This document shows, one piece after another, positions 1 to 6,037 of a DNA stretch of 10,482 nucleotides (its first letter is position 1; each line of letters starts with the position of its first letter). Location of the stretch: contig CAZVZC010000053.1 of NCBI GenBank assembly GCA_964631415.1, positions 1-10,482 of the forward strand. The letters are read 5' to 3'. The notes under the pieces were generated by a model. It worked only from the letters and a program-made list of their open reading frames with translations. It was not told the origin of the DNA and did no database searches. This DNA is from an uncultured archaeon (GTDB taxonomy: Archaea; Asgardarchaeota; Thorarchaeia; Thorarchaeales; Thorarchaeaceae). The position numbers and the translations under genes are program-made.

Positions 1-328
1 TCACAGCTATCTCCCATGTCCATGTAAAAGCGAGAAGCGGAATGGCGACGATCAACCCATATCCCAAGAAGATGAAAAACCAGTATGCTTGAGTCCTGTC
101 AGCTATCTCTCCACTGACCAATCGCACAACGTAGCCGAGCAATTCGCCAAGTCCGCTGACAAGACCCACGACCAAAGCCGTTGCACCAAGGTAGTAGAGG
201 TAGTCGGGGACCAGACCACGCGCGCCTTCGTACACCGTGTCACCCATCAGGCTCACAATGCCGAAGAGAATGATGGCTACATAGGCCGTCCTGTGACCGA
301 TGGAACCGTTTTTCACAGGTGCCATCAT
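1..328 (-). CDS. MFS transporter, N-terminal part (runs off the left edge)
   Basis: Manual minus-strand translation: MMAPVKNGSIGHRTAYVAIILFGIVSLMGDTVYEGARGLVPDYLYYLGATALVVGLVSGLGELLGYVVRLVSGEIADRTQAYWFFIFLGYGLIVAIPLLAFTWTWEIAV. It has hydrophobic helices, the D-x-x-YEGAR TM1 signature and an MFS motif-A-like G-x-x-ADR. Alternative in-frame ATGs lie at 325 and 346. Missing from the ORF track because it has no stop in the window. Confidence 0.9.
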   Translation of the reverse strand, partial: MMAPVKNGSIGHRTAYVAIILFGIVSLMGDTVYEGARGLVPDYLYYLGATALVVGLVSGLGELLGYVVRLVSGEIADRTQAYWFFIFLGYGLIVAIPLLAFTWTWEIAV

Positions 329-368
329 GGCAAATCCGCCATTCATGTTTTTGGGTCCATCCAAGATG

Positions 369-477
369 ATGAAGCAGGTTGCCGAATGCTGATCTGACAA
401 CCAGACCATGGTTTCCCATGATTTCCCATGAAGCAGGTTGCCGAATGCTGATCTGACAACCAGACCATGGTTCCCCA
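369..477 (+). repeat. Direct repeat, two copies of 50 bp with 59-bp period, plus an internal 10-bp tandem duplication
   Basis: ATGAAGCAGGTTGCCGAATGCTGATCTGACAACCAGACCATGGTT is identical at 369-413 and 428-472, extending to 418/477 with one mismatch. TTTCCCATGA is tandemly repeated at 412-421 and 422-431. Confidence 0.95.
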
Positions 478-1758
478 AGACGTATCGCCTCTGAAGGCCT
501 TGAGAAACTCTCTAAGCAGTATCCCGTCAGGGGGCATTGGCCTCGTTCTATTCCTCCAGAAGAACTACAACCTGCTGAGCCTCGGGATAGGCGAACCTGA
601 CTTCAAGACTCCAGACCACATAATCGAAGCTGCGGTCGAATCACTCAGAAGTGGGATGACACACTACTCGCCTGATGAGGGACTTTACGCCCTCAGACTG
701 GCAATCTTGGAGAAGACTCAGAGAAACAACGGTTTCGGCTTTGATCCCGACAGCCAGGTGGTTGTCACATCTGGGACAAGCCCGGCAATCTCTGGCGCGA
801 TATTTGTGTCGGTGGACCCCGGAGACGATGTAGTCATCCCCACTCCAACTTATCTGGGATACGAACCGATGGTCAGACTTGCAGGGGCTCATCCTGTTTT
901 TGTGCCATCCGCTGAAGAGAATGGTTTCATTCCAACACAAGATGAGATCTCTGATGCAATCACATCAAAGACGAAGATGATAATAGTGTCATCCCCTGCA
1001 ATCCAACAGGAGCAGTCTGGGGCCAAGACTCTCTGAGAGCTGTTACGGACTTGGCAACTGATCACGATTTGTTTGTTCTTTCAGATGAGCTCTATGAGAG
1101 AATCGTGTTTGATGGCTTTAGGGCCCACAGCATTGCCGCCATGGATGGCATGTTTGATAGAACCATAACAATCAATGGAGTGTCGAAGAGTCATGCAATG
1201 ACAGGATTCAGGGTTGGTTGGTTGATTGCACCCAAGCACATAGTTGACGCTTATCTCAAGGTTCACCGGTACAATGCTGTGTGCGCACCTGTACCTTGTC
1301 AAGCAGCTGCAACAGCAGCTCTTACTGGTCCCGATGATGCAGTCAAGCAGATGATAGATGAGTATAGCAAAAGGAAGAACCTTCTGGTTTCGCGCATCAA
1401 CAACGATGCCCCATTCATGAGCACGATTGGATGCAAGGGAGGTTTCTTTATGTTCGCGAATGTGAAAGAACTCGCTGACTTGCATCGTCAGACAATGATC
1501 TCGCTACTGACACATGGATCTGGCAAGTCATTTTTAGGACGAATACCATCTGAGTTGGTGAGTCTTCATGATCTCAGTGGTTCAGATTCGCTACTGGTCA
1601 TGCTCTACTTCGCCTACGCAGCAGGCGTGCTGACTACTTCCGGTGCCTTCTTCGGGGCCGGCGGGGACGGTTTCCTACGTCTTTCCATTGCTCAGAGCAG
1701 CGACAAGATTGATCTAGCTGTTAACAAGATGGCTGAGGCGCTCAATGCATTGGAGTAG
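467..1758 (+). pseudogene. PLP-dependent aminotransferase class I/II (aspartate aminotransferase-like), frameshifted at ~993-996; pseudogene or sequencing error
   Basis: ORF 467-1036 has LSLGIGEPDF, THY and DPGDDVVIPTPTY. ORF 1051-1758 has SDELYE, the PLP lysine motif SKSHAMTGFRVG and FLRLS. Adding one base to the CCCC at 993-996 restores IIVSSPCNPTGAVWGQDSLRAVTDLATDHD and joins the two ORFs. Confidence 0.9.
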
Positions 1759-1990
1759 CAATCCAGACTAATGGCAGAGCCATTCCTAGGACGGACTCAC
1801 TCGACACGATGTCCATCTTCGTCCAACTGACAGTAACTGCAGTGGACTGCAATGGATTCCTCTCCACCTTGACGTCAGCTTTGTGGTAACCAGCTAGGTC
1901 CGATTCAGGGAAGTCGAATCATCCAGGCAAGTGGAGTCCTCAGATGGTGTCCGCTGTATAAGAACCGTCCACAAAGGGGTCGGTCAGTAA

Positions 1991-2000
1991 CAGTCTTATT
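1991..2000 (+). promoter_or_regulatory. Putative archaeal TATA box for a leaderless DUF362 transcript
   Basis: TCTTATT at 1994-2000 lies about 24-30 nt upstream of the ATG at 2024, with no clear Shine-Dalgarno sequence. Confidence 0.4.
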
Positions 2001-2023
2001 CCGGATGTGCAGACTTGTGGGGT

Positions 2024-3223
2024 ATGAGTTCTGAGACAGCGAAAGTGTACTTCGGGTCTGTGAAACAAGGAAACAGAGGTAAGTTTGCCTCGTTTGCTGC
2101 GAAAGTCGATGAGGTTGTCAAGAGACTCGATCTGTCCACGCTTGAGAAGAAAGACAAGGTCGCCATCAAGATGCATCTGGGATATGAGGATGGCTATCAG
2201 ACAATCCCTGTGTTCTTTGTTCGGCGAATAGTTGAGGCTGTGAAGAAGACGGGAGCATTCCCCTTCATAACTGATAATCCGACATCAGTCTACAACGCTG
2301 TCAATCGGGGATACACGTCTGAAACCTGTGGGTGCCCTTTGATACCATTCGACGGAGTGAAGGACAAGTATCTCTACAAGACAAAGGTTGATTTCAAGGG
2401 AATTGAAACTCTCGACATGGGCGGTGTTCTCCACGATTCTGATGCGTTGATAGATCTGTCTCATGCCAAGGGTCACAACACATGCGGCTACGGAGGGGCA
2501 ATAAAGAACTTGGCCATCGGAGGGTTTTCCGCTCAGAGTCGATGGGTGAAGTATCACAACATCTGGCAGGCTATCCCATACTGGAAACCGGACAAGTGTA
2601 CACCAGAGCATGCAAAGAAGCTGGTAGAATCGTGCCCGGACCACTGCATCACGTACAAGGAAGCTGAGCACGAGCTGAAGCTTGAGTTCGATATGTGTAA
2701 CCAGTGCATGAAATGCATTCAATCTGACAAAGGCGTAGGTTCTCTGGAGCTAAGGCAGGAGAGCTTCTCTCTCTTCCAAGAACTGATGGCCATAGGCACA
2801 AGCAAGGTGTTGGAGAACTTCCCTCAGAGCAAGAGGTTCTTCATCAACTTCCTTATAGAGATAACAGCGTACTGTGACTGTTGGGGGGTTTCTCAGCCCT
2901 GTATCGTGAACGACATCGGGGTGCTCGGTTCCAGAGACATTGTCGCGATAGAGAAGGCCACGCTGGATCTGATTGCGAAAGAGGCCCTAGTTGAATCTAT
3001 GATACCTCTCTTCTTCAGGCCGAACCTCGACCGGAAGGCGAACCTTCACCCTTTCGCAAGGATACACGGGCCGATGAAGAACCCATATATCGTGGTCGAC
3101 TACGCTGAGAAGCTAGGTCTGGGGACGAAGAACTACGAGCTGATTGAGGTGTTATCGCCGACCTCAACGCTAACCATGAAAGCGCCAACGCATGTGTCTG
3201 AGATTGAGCCTACGTTCTTCTGA
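2024..3223 (+). CDS. DUF362 domain-containing Fe-S protein with a ferredoxin-like insert
   Basis: Motifs KVAIKMHLG, SHAKGHNTCGYGGAIKNLAIG, CDCW and DIGVLGSRDIVAIEKA; the insert carries CP and CNQCMKC. The ATG at 2024 is preferred over the TTG at 2015. Confidence 0.9.
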   Translation: MSSETAKVYFGSVKQGNRGKFASFAAKVDEVVKRLDLSTLEKKDKVAIKMHLGYEDGYQTIPVFFVRRIVEAVKKTGAFPFITDNPTSVYNAVNRGYTSETCGCPLIPFDGVKDKYLYKTKVDFKGIETLDMGGVLHDSDALIDLSHAKGHNTCGYGGAIKNLAIGGFSAQSRWVKYHNIWQAIPYWKPDKCTPEHAKKLVESCPDHCITYKEAEHELKLEFDMCNQCMKCIQSDKGVGSLELRQESFSLFQELMAIGTSKVLENFPQSKRFFINFLIEITAYCDCWGVSQPCIVNDIGVLGSRDIVAIEKATLDLIAKEALVESMIPLFFRPNLDRKANLHPFARIHGPMKNPYIVVDYAEKLGLGTKNYELIEVLSPTSTLTMKAPTHVSEIEPTFF

Positions 3224-3240
3224 GCCTCTCGGGTCGTTCA

Positions 3241-3258
3241 GGAGGGCACTAGCCCTCC
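3241..3258 (+). terminator. GC-rich hairpin after the DUF362 stop (possible 3'-end element)
   Basis: GGAGGGC-ACTA-GCCCTCC forms a perfect 7-bp stem 17 nt after the stop codon. No strong U-tract follows. Confidence 0.4.
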
Positions 3259-3374
3259 CTTAAGGCAGGGGACTTGTTGTACAGCTTCAGAATGAGCGTG
3301 CGACCGGATGCTGATGGTTGCTGCGAACAAGTTCCTAATAAGGTCTAGAAGGACTTCCATCTCAGCGATGGAAT

Positions 3375-3548
3375 ATGGCGATTCTGAAAGAATCATGGGT
3401 AATGCCTTTGGGCTGCACCTGCCTAGCGGCTGCAATCCTCTTGGATCGTTTTGTGCCCGGCGATGGCGTAATCGATTTCATGATTGGCACGCTGACCGGG
3501 ATGTCGATTGTCCTGAACCTGGTGGGTCTGTACAGAAGCCGGAAATAG
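3375..3548 (+). CDS. Small two-TM membrane protein, 57 aa (not in the ORF track)
   Basis: MAILKESWVMPLGCTCLAAAILLDRFVPGDGVIDFMIGTLTGMSIVLNLVGLYRSRK*: two hydrophobic segments, a GxxxG (GTLTG) and a basic C-terminus. AT-rich CCTAATAA lies at 3334-3341 upstream. Confidence 0.75.
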   Translation: MAILKESWVMPLGCTCLAAAILLDRFVPGDGVIDFMIGTLTGMSIVLNLVGLYRSRK

Positions 3549-3796
3549 CTGCGAGTCTCACCTGATGGTTGAGGAGTCAATACCTAGTCCTTGGCCTCAC
3601 ATAGGCTGGCTTCGGAGAGACGAGCCTGAGTAGGACGACGTACTCCCCCGGCATCAACGGCAAACGTGACGACATTCCATAGGGTTTACGAACTGCGGAG
3701 CCGGCTTCGGGACGAAGTATCACATTCGTTCGACCGGATGCACGACGTAGAACCTAGGTAGTTGTTCAGGATGGCTCCGACTTCGGAGCTCAGCCG

Positions 3797-3810
3797 AAGA
3801 ACGCTTAATA
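3797..3810 (+). promoter_or_regulatory. Putative BRE/TATA element upstream of the 3884 ORF
   Basis: Purine-rich AAGAACG followed by CTTAATA (3804-3810), the most TATA-like stretch in this intergenic region. Confidence 0.4.
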
Positions 3811-3883
3811 CCGGTCACTGCAACATACACTTGGGACCTCGTCTATGTGAGTTGTCAGCCCACTCTCGCATGGACCCAAGAGC

Positions 3884-4381
3884 GTGTCAGTCGTGTCAAG
3901 TGAATCCGAGTCATTTGCGTATCTCAACCCCGAAGAGCGCCTGAAGAAGTACAAGGAGTTCTTGGCGTCTCTGGAAAGAGAGGACGCGGCAGAACGACAC
4001 AGACATGCTGGCCATCCATCGGGAACCCAGTCAAAGGTGGTGCCGGCCCGACAGGAATCCGCAAAGACAGACTCGCATGATGGGCATGAAACTGCTAGCC
4101 TGAAGCCCTGTGGCGCGATATCAGGCCGACAGAAGGAACCAGAGGCAAAGGCTGCAGAAGAGAGGAATCGAGTGCTGCTGAGAGTCAAGCAGCGTGCCGT
4201 TGAGTCCGAAATAGACGAGATCCGCAGAGAGAAGGCTCAGCTCGAGAGGAAGCTAGAGAGAGGGCATATTAAGCAGGATGCGTATCAGCAGGAACTCGAG
4301 CAACTCGTGAAGCGGGGTCAGACCCTGCTTCGTAGAAGGCTCGACGTCGCCAAAGAGCTGAGCGAAGTTGCCGACGACTGA
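3884..4381 (+). CDS. Hypothetical charged coiled-coil protein
   Basis: 165-aa ORF with a GTG start. It has an N-terminal amphipathic helix (PEERLKKYKEFLASLE), a low-complexity middle and an E/K/R-rich heptad C-terminus, and overlaps the next gene by 14 bp. The start is uncertain. Confidence 0.75.
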   Translation: MSVVSSESESFAYLNPEERLKKYKEFLASLEREDAAERHRHAGHPSGTQSKVVPARQESAKTDSHDGHETASLKPCGAISGRQKEPEAKAAEERNRVLLRVKQRAVESEIDEIRREKAQLERKLERGHIKQDAYQQELEQLVKRGQTLLRRRLDVAKELSEVADD

Positions 4382-5006
4382 ACGCAAGAGCGTTGGCGTC
4401 CTTGGTTTTGGAGACAGCTTGACTGCTGGAACACCCGGTTATGACCCCACAACTGGCTACGGGAATCAGCAGTCGCAGTATGGGTACTGGCTTGTCAGGA
4501 AGGCAAGAGAGGCGCGACAGCTGACTCTGGAGTTCGACAATCAAGGTGTTCCGGGTGAACTGGTCCGACATATGCTTCAACGTCTGCATAGCATCTTGAC
4601 TAAACACAGCTATGCCATCATCGTTATTCTTGGCGGCAGCAACGACTTGGGCTGGGGCGATGAACCGGACAGAGTGTTCGGTCACCTGAAGGACCTCTGG
4701 CAGTATGCGCTGGATAAGGGATCGGATGTCATTGCATGTACAATACCCCCTGTCGGAATGGCCTATCCTCCGCTGCAAGAAGCTCAGTTCCGATTCAACG
4801 ATATGATTGCCGAAGCATCGCGAGAGCAGGATTCTGTGCTGCTTGTCGATCTGTTTGCAGCATTGTCCAACGAAAGAGGACTCCTGCGGGCGGAGTTCGA
4901 CAGTGGCGATGGCCTGCACATGAATGAATACGGTTACAGGCAGATGGGTGAGAGCATCTGGATGGAGGGTATCAAGCGGATGCTGGACTCATCTCGTATT
5001 CGCTAG
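4368..5006 (+). CDS. SGNH/GDSL hydrolase (lipase/esterase family)
   Basis: All four blocks are present: FGDSLT, NQGVPGE, GGSNDL and DGLHMNEYGY. TTG start. Confidence 0.93.
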   Translation: MPTTERKSVGVLGFGDSLTAGTPGYDPTTGYGNQQSQYGYWLVRKAREARQLTLEFDNQGVPGELVRHMLQRLHSILTKHSYAIIVILGGSNDLGWGDEPDRVFGHLKDLWQYALDKGSDVIACTIPPVGMAYPPLQEAQFRFNDMIAEASREQDSVLLVDLFAALSNERGLLRAEFDSGDGLHMNEYGYRQMGESIWMEGIKRMLDSSRIR

Positions 5007-5016
5007 TTTCATCGGT

Positions 5017-5028
5017 TGCTTTTTCTTG
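5017..5028 (+). terminator. Putative archaeal oligo-T terminator
   Basis: TGCTTTTTCTTG lies just downstream of the SGNH hydrolase stop. Confidence 0.45.
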
Positions 5029-5122
5029 TAGGGCACCATTATGGGTTGCCAGCACAATACAATCACACAAAAATGAAATACGCCCAGTCACCAGAGGCGT
5101 TCTAGTAGCCGGAGGACCTGCT

Positions 5123-6037
5123 GTGAGTGCGAAGCGCCGACTCCCAAAGACAAGCCGACTGGCCTTTGTCAGCACCATATGCGATATGAGCAGGCGCGGC
5201 GATATCGATGCAGTCATAGGCACCTTCGAGGGCTACTGGACAGACAAGACTCGCTATCCTTGGCAGAACACGTACACACTACTGGAAAAGTACTGGGCGC
5301 TAGAGAATCCTGAAACAGACGTATCGGAAACACTACTGCTGCTTCGTGATGCCGTGTTCGGAGCCCTCGGACTTCACTCACTCAGTCTGCCACTTGAGAT
5401 ACCGACACAAGAGGTCTTGAAGAGAATCATGAGAGGACGCTCATGGAAAGACTCTCGTCGGTCAGTCAGAGAATACCTTTCTCAGGTCGTATCTGACATG
5501 GTTGAGCATGGTCAAATAGCTCATCTCATCCCTTCTGGATTGAGGCATGATGGGTTGGGATTCCTTCTGCCCGCCCTAGAAAAAGCTCGACTTGACGAGT
5601 TCCGGAATGCACGACCAAAGACAACACGCGGCAAGTTCGATCTTAGACCTCTGTCGAAGTCGGTCATTGGCCGGACACTTCTAAGGCAGCTATCGATGAA
5701 GACCGAGAAGCTTGCAGAGGATGATCCCCAAGTGGGGCAGGTAGAAGAAGCGTATGAACATATGCTCTTGGACCTCGAAGTCGGTGAAGGAGTGGCGACT
5801 TTGTCACCTGATGAGACTCTGCAGGTGACAATCAGCGGCGAGCCTCTTGAAGAAACGACCGAGAGAAAGCAGGCTCGAGGGGTCCTTCCACTTACCCCTG
5901 GGGTGCAGACTAACCTAACAGAGTATGTTGGGCCGCCTGCAGATTCGCGAAGTCCCGAGAAATCTGACGACAGCGAAAGCCGAAGGGGCAAGAAACGAAA
6001 GAAGGTTGAGGGCAATACCGGAGATGAGGAGTCATGA
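5123..6037 (+). CDS. Hypothetical protein, 304 aa, helical N-terminal domain and disordered tail with PIP-box-like and basic motifs
   Basis: Long ORF with a GGAGG RBS at 5111-5115 before the GTG, and an ATGA stop/start overlap with the next gene. No family recognised. Confidence 0.85.
   Translation: MSAKRRLPKTSRLAFVSTICDMSRRGDIDAVIGTFEGYWTDKTRYPWQNTYTLLEKYWALENPETDVSETLLLLRDAVFGALGLHSLSLPLEIPTQEVLKRIMRGRSWKDSRRSVREYLSQVVSDMVEHGQIAHLIPSGLRHDGLGFLLPALEKARLDEFRNARPKTTRGKFDLRPLSKSVIGRTLLRQLSMKTEKLAEDDPQVGQVEEAYEHMLLDLEVGEGVATLSPDETLQVTISGEPLEETTERKQARGVLPLTPGVQTNLTEYVGPPADSRSPEKSDDSESRRGKKRKKVEGNTGDEES

Noticed and set aside
89-397. Track ORF, 102 aa (+)
   Set aside because: It is the antisense shadow of the MFS transporter on the minus strand.
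366-397. Box C (ATGATGA) and box D (CTGA) motifs suggesting a C/D sRNA
   Set aside because: There is no properly spaced C'/D pair, and such short motifs are expected by chance in 10 kb.
428-466. TGC-TGA in frame with the aminotransferase, a possible Cys-Sec N-terminal extension
   Set aside because: No SECIS was recognised, there is no precedent I know of in this family, and the codons lie inside the duplicated segment.
369-477. Possible mini-CRISPR
   Set aside because: There are only two copies with a 9-14 bp gap, too short for a spacer, and no cas genes.
1941-1990. Fluoride-riboswitch-like GATGGTGTCC...AACCG upstream of DUF362
   Set aside because: The conserved 3' CUGAUGAC pseudoknot strand and a proper P1 are missing.
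3291-3315. AUGA...UGAU resembling a SECIS or kink-turn core
   Set aside because: The apical helix is only about 4 bp, flanking pairs are poor, and no selenoprotein candidate is nearby. Read-through of the DUF362 TGA gives only a short featureless peptide.
3238-3580. Track ORFs 3238-3435(-), 3308-3565(+) and 3362-3580(-)
   Set aside because: They overlap the more plausible 57-aa membrane ORF and have no protein-like features.
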